DNA of 64,000 nucleotides from assembly GCA_964427875.1 (NCBI GenBank), contig CAYRVX010000028.1:387-64386 (forward strand). The letters are read 5' to 3'. Positions 15,829-25,108 of the stretch are shown here, piece after piece. The notes beneath the pieces are model-generated. The model saw only the letters and a list, made by a program, of their open reading frames with translations, made no database searches and was not told the origin of the DNA. Position 1 is the stretch's first letter. Each line of letters begins with the position of its first letter. A program made the position numbers and the translations under genes. Source of the DNA: an uncultured Planctomycetaceae bacterium (GTDB lineage Bacteria; Planctomycetota; Phycisphaerae; SM23-33).

Positions 15829-17892
15829 TCACTTCAGGGCCTTTGCCGCCTCGGCGACAAGGGGGGACTCGGGATACTTCTCGACGAGCTGTCTCAGCGC
15901 AGCCTTCGCCTGGTCGTCCTTGCCCAGCCTGCGATAGGCCTCGGCGGCGAGCAGGAGCAACTGCGCTGCGTAATTGGAGGCCGGGTTGACCTTTACGAGC
16001 GTCCTGGCCTCGAGCGACGCCTCTTTGTATCGCTTCTGCCTGAGCTGCATCCGGACGACCAGCAGCGACCAGTAGCCCTCAAGCTTGTCCAGCGGGATGT
16101 CCATCTCCCACTGTTCCATGAACCCCGCGGCGTCGGCGAACCTGTCCTTGCGCAGGTAGTCCTCCACGTGTCGCGCGTAGTCCCCCTTGGTGATCTCCAG
16201 GCGCGCGACGTTGACCTTCGGGCCGTAACCGGCCGTCGTGTAGGCCTTCCTGGCTTCCTCGTAGTCCCCACGGACCCGCCAGACGTCGCCGATGCCGATC
16301 TTCGCGCGCCGGATGGCCGAGCCGGTCGTCAAGGCCCCAAACTGCCGCACCACTCGCTGGAAGATGCTCATCGCGCCCTGTGTGTCGCCCAGGTCTATCA
16401 GGCTGACGCGGCCGGCCCGTTCGGTCATGTCGGCCCGAACGGAGGCATTGCGGGTCATCTCGGCCGCCTTCAGAAAGGTCGCCTGGCGCTGCTTGGGCTC
16501 CATGGCCTCGGCGATCATCGGCACGACCTCGCTGATCAACGACGGCGGGGCTGCTCCGCGGGCGATGAAGGCCTCTCCGGCTCGCCTGACGGCGTCGCCC
16601 GCCCGCGCACGCTCCAGCAGCAGGATCGCCTGCGCGTTCGCCTCGGCCGTCAGCGCCGCAAAGTCGTACCCGCTGACGATCCGGGCGTGCTGGACGACGC
16701 TGTCCAGCCGGTTGGCCGCCACCTGATCCCACGGGCGGCTGACGAAGATGCGGTTCGTCCGCGTCAGCACGCCGCGATACGTCTTGGCCGACAGGCTCAC
16801 CGTGTGCTCGCCGGGCATAAGGTAGACGTGCTCAGCCTTGGGCGAGGCGGCCTTCTGCCCGTCACCGAAGTCCCATTGCAGGTCCACTTTTCGGCCGAGG
16901 TTCCCCACGGTCATCGCACGAAAGACCCACCGCTGATAGTAGCGGTTCTGAAGAAAGGTCTCGCCGCCGTAGCTGGGGATGAAGTCGACGCCCATGCTCT
17001 TGCCGTATTGCTCCATTGCCCCCGGGGCCGCCCGGAAGACCGGCGCAAAGGACTTGGCGGGGATCGGCCAGATCCGCTTGTCCCCCGGCGCCTGCCAGGC
17101 CGCCACCGCGATCGGGTCGCCGGTGACATTGACGTGATAGAACGTCAGCTTGTGAAGGCCCTTGTCCAGTCGGACGTTGCCCCGCATGCGAATGTCGCGC
17201 TGGGGCAAGTGATGCCCGCCGTTGGCAACGACGAGCTCATCGTCCACCAACAGGAACGACGCATCCTGGCTGGAGCAAGCGAAGTTGTACTGCCCCGCGG
17301 CCGGACACTTCAGGTAGGCGGTGAAGCGGCTGGCGATATTGCTCCGCGGCCCGAAGGGATTGTGCCCGAGGAACACGTTGCTGCGGAAATCCCGCCCGAG
17401 CAGGCGCTTGGCCTTCGCGAAGACCTTCTGCACCTGCGGGAGGGTCTTGATCCCCCCGCCGGGATGCAGCCACGTCTCCAACAGGACGCCGCGGCGGATC
17501 TCCAACGGCTTGGTGACCGGCGGCGGGTTGCGATTGCCGAAGTACACGTAGAATCTCCTGCCCACGCCCCGGAGGGCGAAGGCGACCCGCACCTGGTCGC
17601 CCGGGCCGACCATGAGCACGCGAGACGGCACCAGCGTCCGCGCCGTGGTCGCCACGCGGATGTCGCCGCCGTCGGGCTTGATAAGCCCGCCCGTGGGCAT
17701 CGCCACGACGGCGATATCGTCGCCGCCCAGGCGCGTCGGCTTGTGGGCCGGAACGTCCACCGCCCGGCGGCACGGCCAGAGATTGTTCCACCACGCCTGC
17801 GCGGATGCAGCCGGCGATACGGCCAGCAGCACACCAGCCGCAAGCAGGCTTGGCAAACAGCGCTTTGCGGACATGGTCTTTGGCAACTTCAT
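15829..17892 (-). CDS. Secreted protein with PKD domain and C-terminal TPR repeats
   Basis: Signal peptide 'MKLPKTMSAKRCLPSLLAAGVLLAVSPAASAQA'. PKD motif 'LQWDFGDGQKAASPKAEHVYLMPGEHTVSL'. TPR-like C-terminal third. Confidence 0.6.
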   Translation of the reverse strand: MKLPKTMSAKRCLPSLLAAGVLLAVSPAASAQAWWNNLWPCRRAVDVPAHKPTRLGGDDIAVVAMPTGGLIKPDGGDIRVATTARTLVPSRVLMVGPGDQVRVAFALRGVGRRFYVYFGNRNPPPVTKPLEIRRGVLLETWLHPGGGIKTLPQVQKVFAKAKRLLGRDFRSNVFLGHNPFGPRSNIASRFTAYLKCPAAGQYNFACSSQDASFLLVDDELVVANGGHHLPQRDIRMRGNVRLDKGLHKLTFYHVNVTGDPIAVAAWQAPGDKRIWPIPAKSFAPVFRAAPGAMEQYGKSMGVDFIPSYGGETFLQNRYYQRWVFRAMTVGNLGRKVDLQWDFGDGQKAASPKAEHVYLMPGEHTVSLSAKTYRGVLTRTNRIFVSRPWDQVAANRLDSVVQHARIVSGYDFAALTAEANAQAILLLERARAGDAVRRAGEAFIARGAAPPSLISEVVPMIAEAMEPKQRQATFLKAAEMTRNASVRADMTERAGRVSLIDLGDTQGAMSIFQRVVRQFGALTTGSAIRRAKIGIGDVWRVRGDYEEARKAYTTAGYGPKVNVARLEITKGDYARHVEDYLRKDRFADAAGFMEQWEMDIPLDKLEGYWSLLVVRMQLRQKRYKEASLEARTLVKVNPASNYAAQLLLLAAEAYRRLGKDDQAKAALRQLVEKYPESPLVAEAAKALK

Positions 17893-17988
17893 GATGGACG
17901 TGTATCCTATCGTATCATAACATGCCGCGTCCGCGTTGGGCTGCTGCTAATGCTGAAACGGCGGACAGATGGGAGAGTTCCGAGGCCG

Positions 17989-18567
17989 ATGAGGCGCTTC
18001 GACGGCGTCATCTTCGACATGGACGGCACGTTGATCGAGCCGCTGCTGGACTTCCAGAAGATCCGGGGCGATCTGGGCGTGCCGGCCGAAGCGGGCATCC
18101 TCGAGACGCTCGATGCGATGGAGCCGGACCTGGCCCGTCCCCTGCGTGAGCGGCTGATGGCCCACGAGCTGGCCGCCGCGCGAAGGGCGAAGCTCAACCC
18201 GGGAGCAGGGGAGATCCTCAGCGAGATTCGCCGCGCCGCCCTCAAAACCGCCCTGCTGACGCGCAATGCCGCCGAGGCGATGAAGATCGTCCTGGAGCGG
18301 TTCGACCTGAAGTTCGACCTCACCTGGTCGCGCGAGCACGGGCCGATCAAGCCCGAGCCGGACGGCGTGCTTCGAGCCTGCCGCGAGTTGGGGATCGACC
18401 CGGGGCGATGCGCCTGCGTGGGCGACTTCCGCTACGACCTCGTCGCCGCCAACGCCGCCGGGGCCGTCAGCGTCCTCCTGGCAAGAGGCGATCGGCCGGA
18501 CTTCGCCCACCTCGCCGATCACGTGATCTGCGAACTGGCGGAGCTGGCCGACATCCTGGAGCTGTGA
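17989..18567 (+). CDS. HAD-superfamily hydrolase (phosphatase-like)
   Basis: 'GVIFDMDGTL' motif I and 'CACVGDFRYDLVAANAAG' motif IV-like. It is the only credible part of the 1259-aa artefactual ORF 14788-18567. Confidence 0.7.
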   Translation: MRRFDGVIFDMDGTLIEPLLDFQKIRGDLGVPAEAGILETLDAMEPDLARPLRERLMAHELAAARRAKLNPGAGEILSEIRRAALKTALLTRNAAEAMKIVLERFDLKFDLTWSREHGPIKPEPDGVLRACRELGIDPGRCACVGDFRYDLVAANAAGAVSVLLARGDRPDFAHLADHVICELAELADILEL

Positions 18568-19794
18568 ATGGCCTATCTCCCCCTCGCCAACCTGCTGCAC
18601 CACAAGCTCCGAAGCGCCCTGAGCGCACTGGGCATCGGCATCGGGATCTGCATGCTGATCACGCTCAGCGGGCTGGCCCGCGGGAGCCTCTTCGAGATCG
18701 CCGAGCGGCTGGAATCAGTGGACGCCGACCTGATCGTCTCGCCCCGCGGCTGGGCAGAGAACACCGCCGACAAGTCCGGCAGCGCCCTGTCCGACAAGTA
18801 CGCCCGGAAGATCCTCGAAACTCGCGGCGACCTCGTCGCCGAGGCGGTGTGCGTGTTCCTCTGGCCGATGAAGCTCGCCGGGCAGGACCACCGCGCCGCC
18901 GGCGTCGATCCGGGCCAGTGGCACGTGCTGACGGGCGGCAGGAAGCTCGCAGAAGGCCGGCTGTTCGATCCGAACGGCCGCTTCGCGCGGTGGCTGGAAG
19001 ATCAGCTCCTGGCCCCCGCCGAGGCCAATGAGGACGAGGAAGAGATTCTCGACATCGCCCCCGAGCAGTTGGCCCATCCGGATCACAACGGCCTGGAGCT
19101 GGTAATAGACTCGCGCCTGGCGAAGGCCGGCGGCTACCGCGTCGGCCAGACGGTGCGCTCGGCCGGGCACGACTGGAGGATCGTCGGCATCGTCCCGGCC
19201 GGGGTGATGACGCGGGTGTTTCTGCCGAGGCGGACTGCCCAGTTCCTCTTCGGCAGCGGCGACATCACCAGGAGCACGATGATCTTCCTGAAGCTGCGGC
19301 GCGGCGTCGATATCGGCCCGGCCGCCCGGGCGATCGGCAGGAGCATACGCCACGACGTCATCCCGCTGACGCGCTATCGCGGCATGCTGGTCGAGAAGTT
19401 CGGCATCCTCTTCGTCTACGTGGACATGGTAAACGCCATCGCGCTGGCGATCTCGTTTTTGTTCATCATGATCACGCTGTATACGATGGTCCTCCAGCGG
19501 ACTCGGGAGATCGCGATCCTCAAGAGCTGCGGGGCCGGCGACTGGTTCATCCTCCGCCAGGTGCTGGCCGAGTCGCTCATCCTGACAGGCGTCGGGACGT
19601 GCGCCGGCATCGCCTTGAGCTTCGCGGCGGGCTGGGCCATCGAGACGTACAGGCCGCTGCTGACAGTGACGATAACGTGGCACTGGATCGCCGTCGCCGT
19701 GATCGCCGCGGCGGCGGGGTCGCTGGTCAGCGGCCTGTACCCCGCCTGGCGCGCCACGCGGGTGGACGTGCTGGAGGCGCTGACACTGGAGTGA
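18568..19794 (+). CDS. ABC transporter permease, FtsX/MacB/LolE family
   Basis: N-terminal TM, a large periplasmic loop, and three C-terminal TM segments with 'ILKSCGAGDWFI...AESLILTGVG'. Start overlaps the stop of the previous gene. Confidence 0.8.
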   Translation: MAYLPLANLLHHKLRSALSALGIGIGICMLITLSGLARGSLFEIAERLESVDADLIVSPRGWAENTADKSGSALSDKYARKILETRGDLVAEAVCVFLWPMKLAGQDHRAAGVDPGQWHVLTGGRKLAEGRLFDPNGRFARWLEDQLLAPAEANEDEEEILDIAPEQLAHPDHNGLELVIDSRLAKAGGYRVGQTVRSAGHDWRIVGIVPAGVMTRVFLPRRTAQFLFGSGDITRSTMIFLKLRRGVDIGPAARAIGRSIRHDVIPLTRYRGMLVEKFGILFVYVDMVNAIALAISFLFIMITLYTMVLQRTREIAILKSCGAGDWFILRQVLAESLILTGVGTCAGIALSFAAGWAIETYRPLLTVTITWHWIAVAVIAAAAGSLVSGLYPAWRATRVDVLEALTLE

Positions 19795-19806
19795 GACCGT
19801 CCGACA

Positions 19807-20496
19807 TTGCCTGACATGGTCGACGATGAGAACATCCTGACCGCGACCGAACTGCACAAGAGCCTCGGCAGGGGGCGGGCTCGGGTGCACGTGCTTCGAG
19901 GGCTGGACCTCGCCATCCGGCACCGGGAGTTCCTTGCCGTCATGGGGCCCAGCGGGTGCGGCAAGAGCACCCTGCTGCACGTGCTCGGGCTGATGACCCC
20001 GCCCGACGCCGGCCGGATCGCCCTGAACGGCCGGTGCGTGGGAACGTCACCGTCGCTGCTGAACGCCCTGCGGAGGGAGCACGTCGGCTTGGTCTTCCAG
20101 CGCTTCAATCTCCTGGGCGAGCTTACCGCGGCGGACAACGTGGCGATCTCCCTTCGCGTTCGCGGCCTGCGGGGCGACGAGCACTCGGCGGAGCTGTTCG
20201 AGACGCTCGGCGTGAGCCACGTCGCCGGGCGCAAGCCCTCGCAGATGTCGATAGGCGAGCAGCAGCGGGTGGCGGTCGTGCGGGCGCTGGCCCATCGCCC
20301 GGCGCTGCTCCTGGCCGACGAGCCCACGGGCAATCTCGATTCGGCCAACAGCGAGACGCTCCTGGAGCATTTCCGCCGGATCAATCGACAGGACGGCCAG
20401 ACCATCGTTATGATAACCCACTCGGCCGAGGCGGCCGGATACGCCGACCGCGTCGTCCACATGAGAGATGGCAGGATCGTTGACGAGCCCGGCTGA
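19807..20496 (+). CDS. ABC transporter ATP-binding protein (LolD/MacB-type)
   Basis: Walker A 'GPSGCGKST', Q-loop, signature 'MSIGEQQRVAVVRAL', Walker B 'LLLADEPTGNLD'. Confidence 0.85.
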   Translation: MPDMVDDENILTATELHKSLGRGRARVHVLRGLDLAIRHREFLAVMGPSGCGKSTLLHVLGLMTPPDAGRIALNGRCVGTSPSLLNALRREHVGLVFQRFNLLGELTAADNVAISLRVRGLRGDEHSAELFETLGVSHVAGRKPSQMSIGEQQRVAVVRALAHRPALLLADEPTGNLDSANSETLLEHFRRINRQDGQTIVMITHSAEAAGYADRVVHMRDGRIVDEPG

Positions 20497-21274
20497 GAGC
20501 ATCCCGACCGGCGCCGCCCGATCGGAGGCCCGCGCCGACGGCGTCTCCGTGGGCCGGTGGTTCGCCTTCTACGGCCTGTGCCTCCTGGTCGCCGGCGCTG
20601 CCCTGGTGGTCCTGCTGTCGCGGGAGCAGTGGTCGTGGGCGGAGTGGCTGGATCGGCCGGGGCAGCTCCTGGCGACGGTCAGCCCGGCCGCGAAGCTCCT
20701 GGCCTTCGGGATCTATATCTCCCTGTGCTGCACGTTCCTTCCGCTGCCGGCGAACTGGATGGTGGCGGCCGTCGCGATGCGGCAGACCGCCGTGGCGCCG
20801 AGCCTCTGGGCCACGACCGCCCTCGTCGCGGCCGTCGGCGCGCTGGCCTCGACCCTCGCCAACCTGAACGACTACCACCTCTTCACGTGGATGCTCCGCC
20901 ACCGTTGGATCGGCAAGGTCCGCGACACGCGGATGTACCGCCTCTCGGCGAGGTGGTTCGCCCGCTCGCCGTTCTTCCTCCTGGTGATCTTCAACATCAT
21001 CCCCATCCCCGTGGACGTGATCCGCATGCTCGCGACGACGTATCGCTACCCCCGCCTGCCGTTCGCGGGGGCCAACTTCGCCGGACGCCTCCTGCGATAC
21101 GGCGTCATTGCCTGGGTGACCTACTGGCTCGGCGGCGAAGGCAAGTGGGCCGTCCTTGCGCTGCTGGGGCTGGCCGTCGTGCTCGCGGCCGGCAAGGTCC
21201 TGCCCGCGGCGATTCGAAGGAACCGTCGGAAGGCGCCCAACGCCGGCGCGAGTGAGCTGTCTACCGTGAAGTAG
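20468..21274 (+). CDS. VTT-domain (DedA/TVP38/TMEM64-like) membrane protein
   Basis: 'CCTFLPLPANWMVAAVAM' and 'IFNIIPIPVDVIRMLAT' resemble the re-entrant VTT motifs. Multi-TM protein. Confidence 0.5.
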   Translation: MAGSLTSPAESIPTGAARSEARADGVSVGRWFAFYGLCLLVAGAALVVLLSREQWSWAEWLDRPGQLLATVSPAAKLLAFGIYISLCCTFLPLPANWMVAAVAMRQTAVAPSLWATTALVAAVGALASTLANLNDYHLFTWMLRHRWIGKVRDTRMYRLSARWFARSPFFLLVIFNIIPIPVDVIRMLATTYRYPRLPFAGANFAGRLLRYGVIAWVTYWLGGEGKWAVLALLGLAVVLAAGKVLPAAIRRNRRKAPNAGASELSTVK

Positions 21275-21302
21275 TGCTGTCGTTCCCCTTGGAGCAGAGA
21301 AC

Positions 21303-22109
21303 ATGGCTGGCAAGATCGCGGCAGGGATACTGGTGGCGTTCCTTGTGCCGGTGTCTGGCGGCCTCGCGCTGGCCACGCCGGCCGGGGGCCCCACCTCCGC
21401 CCCGGCCGTCGGCCCGGCCGAGATGAAGATCCTCAAGGGCCTCGAAGCCGCCGGCGAGAAGCACAAGACCATCCGGGCGGACATCGACTATCACGTAGTC
21501 AATCGCGAGCTCGGCGACAGCGAGACACGCACCGGCTGGGTCGCCTACAGCAAGGGCGACGCCGAAACGGCGACGAAGTTCCGCGTCACGTTCGAAACGC
21601 TCAAGCTGGGCAGCGGCAAGAAGACCCGCGAGCAGGTTGACTACGGCTTCGACGGCCAGTGGCTCACCGTCGCCAAGCACAAGATCAAGAACATGACGCT
21701 CTACCAGCTCGCCGCCAAGGGCCAGCGAATCGAGCCCCTGCGAATAGGCAAAGGGCCCTTCCCCCTGCCCTTCGGCCAGAAGGCCGACGACGTGGCGAAG
21801 CACTTCGAGGTCAGAACACGCTCCCCGCGGCCGAACGACCCGAAAAACACCATGTACCTCCGCCTGACGACCCGACCGGAGTTCGCCAGGAAAATGTCCG
21901 TCCAGCGTCTGGATCTGTGGATCGACCGCGCGACCCACCTGCCGGTGAAGATCCGCAGCCGCGACAAGAACAAGAACGACACCACCGTTACGTTCGAGAA
22001 GATCCGGACGAATCAGGACGTTGCGGCCAGCGTATTCCACGTCCCCCGCAAGCTCGGATGGGAAGTCGTCCGCCGCCCGCTGAAGGGCGCGAAAAACATC
22101 GGCCCGTGA
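21303..22109 (+). CDS. LolA-like outer-membrane lipoprotein-sorting/carrier-fold protein
   Basis: Signal peptide followed by a ~240-aa beta-rich domain directly after the LolCDE-like ABC pair. The assignment leans mostly on context. Confidence 0.45.
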   Translation: MAGKIAAGILVAFLVPVSGGLALATPAGGPTSAPAVGPAEMKILKGLEAAGEKHKTIRADIDYHVVNRELGDSETRTGWVAYSKGDAETATKFRVTFETLKLGSGKKTREQVDYGFDGQWLTVAKHKIKNMTLYQLAAKGQRIEPLRIGKGPFPLPFGQKADDVAKHFEVRTRSPRPNDPKNTMYLRLTTRPEFARKMSVQRLDLWIDRATHLPVKIRSRDKNKNDTTVTFEKIRTNQDVAASVFHVPRKLGWEVVRRPLKGAKNIGP

Positions 22110-22177
22110 TGGCGACGTTTAGCGGCGGCCGGCCGGCGGCCGGCACGGCCGCCAGTAGCGACGCTCGCCTCGCCGTC

Positions 22178-23761
22178 TCAGGGCTGTGTCAACACCAATG
22201 TCTGGTCCGCCCGCACACCGGTCCTGCGGAGGACGCCCTTGCCGTGCGGCAGCGTGACCTCCACGTCGCAGGCTGATACGCTCCCCAGGCCGAAGTGGGC
22301 GACGGCCTCCTGGCCCGTGCAGAAGCCATGGCTGATGTGGATCTCCTGGTAGCCGAGAAGCGCGTCGGCCCGGCCGACCTTGCCCGCGGCGTACACCCTC
22401 ACCTTGGCGCCGATCCCCATGCGATTGACCGTCTTGCCCACGACCCGCACCCGGAGCCAGTGCCCGGCGGCGCCGCGGTTGAGGAACAGCTTCGTGGGCA
22501 GCTCCGGGAGCCAACTGGCCAGCAGCACGTCCATCCGCCCGTCGCGGTCGTAGTCGGCCGCGGGCCCGACCGGGAAGTAGGCCGTCGCCCTGGCGAGCGG
22601 CGGCACGTGGAAACGGAGCTTCCCGCCGCGTGCGGTCACGTTGCGGCAGATGAAAGGCTGGTCCCTGCCGCCGGAGCGGTATGTGGCGGCGACGGCGATG
22701 TCCGGCCAGCCGTCGTTGTCGAAGTCCGCGACCTCAACGTGAGCGTGCTTGAGGCGCATTCGCTCGGGCGTCCACGACGGGAAGAGGTATTTCAGCCCGG
22801 CGGCCTTCGTGACCTCTCGAAATGCAACGTCGCCGCCGCGCCGCCCGGCGTTGACGAACAGGTGCTGGCGAGCAGGCTGGTTGTGATCGACGACGACGAC
22901 GTCCAAACGGCCGTCGCGGTCCACGTCGGCAAACGCCGCGCCGCAGGGCGAGTCCTCCCGGCCCAGCGGGGCATACTGAAGCGATTGGGAGGCCGCGGAT
23001 TCGCGGTACGTGCCGTCGCCTTTCGACAGGAACAGCCTGTTGGCCTGGGAGGCGAAGATATCCGGCCAGCCGTCGCCGTTCAGGTCGGGGGTGATGACGC
23101 CCAGGGCGGGCAGCACGTCGGGCAGCCCGGCTTTGGCGGTGGCGTCCTCGAAGGCGAGCTTGCCCTTGTTGCGGAACAGGCGCGTGTGGCCGCCGGTCCA
23201 GCGGTCGCCGGTCACGAGCAGGTCGAGCAGCCCGTCGCCGTCGAAGTCCAGCACGCCGACGCTCCTGCCGCCCATGACGATGCAGGCGGCGTTGCCCCCG
23301 GAGACGTCGCGGAAGCGGCCCCGGACGTTCTCGAAGAGCTTGTTGGCCACCCGCAGGCCCCTTCGCTTGGAGTTGATCGAGACGAACAGGTCCAGGTCGC
23401 CGTCGTTGTCGAGGTCCACGAAGACCGCGCCGCTGGTGCGGGCCCGGACGGCCAGCGCGTCCTGTTGCGAAGGTCGAAACACGCCGCCGTCGTTGATCAG
23501 CAGCACGCTGGGCACTGGGCCCGCCGCCGGCTTGTACCGCTCCGCCGGCCGATCGCAATAGGTGCCCACGTACAGGTCGAGGTCGCCGTCGCCGTCGATG
23601 TCGCCGCAGGCCGCGGCGTGGGCCATGATGCCCGCCAGCGGCTTCGAAAGGCCCGCTGCGGCGGCCGCGTCCTCGAACGCAAACGGCCCTTCCGCCGCAG
23701 GGGCGGCGGCCGCGCAGGCGAGGGCGGCCGGAACGGCGAGAACGCCGAGCAGCATCTCCAT
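22178..23761 (-). CDS. Secreted FG-GAP / ASPIC-UnbV (CRTAC1-like) repeat protein
   Basis: Repeated 'DxDGDGDLDL' / 'DFDGDGLLDL' / 'DLNGDGWPDI' / 'DVDRDGRLDV' calcium-binding FG-GAP repeats. Signal peptide. Confidence 0.7.
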   Translation of the reverse strand: MEMLLGVLAVPAALACAAAAPAAEGPFAFEDAAAAAGLSKPLAGIMAHAAACGDIDGDGDLDLYVGTYCDRPAERYKPAAGPVPSVLLINDGGVFRPSQQDALAVRARTSGAVFVDLDNDGDLDLFVSINSKRRGLRVANKLFENVRGRFRDVSGGNAACIVMGGRSVGVLDFDGDGLLDLLVTGDRWTGGHTRLFRNKGKLAFEDATAKAGLPDVLPALGVITPDLNGDGWPDIFASQANRLFLSKGDGTYRESAASQSLQYAPLGREDSPCGAAFADVDRDGRLDVVVVDHNQPARQHLFVNAGRRGGDVAFREVTKAAGLKYLFPSWTPERMRLKHAHVEVADFDNDGWPDIAVAATYRSGGRDQPFICRNVTARGGKLRFHVPPLARATAYFPVGPAADYDRDGRMDVLLASWLPELPTKLFLNRGAAGHWLRVRVVGKTVNRMGIGAKVRVYAAGKVGRADALLGYQEIHISHGFCTGQEAVAHFGLGSVSACDVEVTLPHGKGVLRRTGVRADQTLVLTQP

Positions 23762-23770
23762 CTTTCTCCG

Positions 23771-25099
23771 CTAGGGGCTTCGCTCCGATTCGGGGATGTG
23801 GACAACCGTCAGGGCGCAGGCGTCCCACGAGGGCCTGCGCTTCCACGTGGCGGCGCAACAGCCCTGCCACGTGATGTAGAGCTTATCGCCCGCCGGCGAG
23901 ACGGCCGTGCTGAACGTGCCGATCGGCGTGTAGCCGTACTTTTCCTTCAGAAACGGATGCAAGAAGGCGAGGACCTTCTTCTTGCGAGTCTTGACGTCGA
24001 ACTGCACGACGGCTGCGCCGTCGCTGTGGCTGCCGCCGTGGGCGCCCGGGACGTAGTAGAGGTACCTGCCCGTCGGGTCGGCGTCGATGGTGGTGATGTA
24101 CGCCTGACTGCCCACGGCGGCCGGGCCGAGCTTCTGGACCTTCTCCGTCCGCGTGTCGAAGCGGTAGATCGCCGCCTCGCCCCTGGTCGACACGGTGTAG
24201 ACGTGTCCCTGCGGCGTCTCCTGCGTGGCGGCCCGCAGGCCGATCTCCGCGCTAAGCTCGACGGGCGCACCGCCCTTGGCGGGATCGTAGCGATAGAGCC
24301 TGCCGGCAAGGTCGGGAGTGAAGTAGACCCGCCCGGTGGACCTCGCGAAAATCATGTACCGCCCGGGCCCGCCGTGGCCGCGGTAGAGCAACTTCCGGGC
24401 CTTAGTGTCGTAGGCGAAGAACGTGTGCCGCTTGTCGCGGGTGTCCCCGGGCTGCGTGCTGCCGTAGAAGATCAAGCGCTTCGGGTCCAGCACGCTGCAC
24501 GGGATGCACTGCTTGCCCACCGGGCCGTGCGAGACGATCTCCGTCTTCCCGCTGGGCGGGTGGTGCCGGATGATCCAGTCGCCCTTGTAGTGGTACTCAT
24601 CCGTGGTCACCCGCGTGGAGCCGCGATGCGTGGCGAAGTACAGCCAGCCGTCGTCGCCCATGTCGATGCGGCTGTGGATCTTGCCCGGCGTGTAGTGGCC
24701 CTCGGGCATCTGGAGGACCTTGCGGAGGTCCACCAGCCGGCGGAGCTTCTTCGTGGCCGCGTCGTACTCGTAGACGAACGCGTTGCCCGCCGGGCCGATG
24801 TGGTCGCCGATGGCCGAGTAGTACTTCTCGCCGACGGCACAGCCGTCGCCCCAGTTCGACCACGGCTTGCCCCTGTACGTCTGGGCGGGGTAGTACAGGA
24901 AATCGACCGTCGGGGCCGCCTTGGCGACGGCGACGGGCTTCATCGACTCCGGCGGCCTCAGAAAGGCCTCCGTCGTGTCCGTGGCGACCTGCCTGCCACC
25001 CGGCAGCCGCGGGGGGTACTTCATCTGCCCGAGCGCCGCCGGCAGAGGGGCCAGCACGATGCACAGCAGGGCGAGACCGGTCTTCCTTGGGCGCGTCAT
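23771..25099 (-). CDS. Secreted hypothetical beta-propeller-like protein
   Basis: Signal peptide. 442 aa rich in Tyr, Gly and Thr, consistent with beta strands. No catalytic motif recognised. Confidence 0.5.
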   Translation of the reverse strand: MTRPRKTGLALLCIVLAPLPAALGQMKYPPRLPGGRQVATDTTEAFLRPPESMKPVAVAKAAPTVDFLYYPAQTYRGKPWSNWGDGCAVGEKYYSAIGDHIGPAGNAFVYEYDAATKKLRRLVDLRKVLQMPEGHYTPGKIHSRIDMGDDGWLYFATHRGSTRVTTDEYHYKGDWIIRHHPPSGKTEIVSHGPVGKQCIPCSVLDPKRLIFYGSTQPGDTRDKRHTFFAYDTKARKLLYRGHGGPGRYMIFARSTGRVYFTPDLAGRLYRYDPAKGGAPVELSAEIGLRAATQETPQGHVYTVSTRGEAAIYRFDTRTEKVQKLGPAAVGSQAYITTIDADPTGRYLYYVPGAHGGSHSDGAAVVQFDVKTRKKKVLAFLHPFLKEKYGYTPIGTFSTAVSPAGDKLYITWQGCCAATWKRRPSWDACALTVVHIPESERSP

Positions 25100-25108
25100 T
25101 TACGGCCC

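Noticed and set aside
14788-18567. 1259-aa ORF on the + strand
   Set aside because: High-GC artefact that runs antisense through the TsaC-phosphatase and PKD/TPR genes. Only its last 193 codons (17989-18567) form a credible gene, the HAD hydrolase with the DMDGTL motif.
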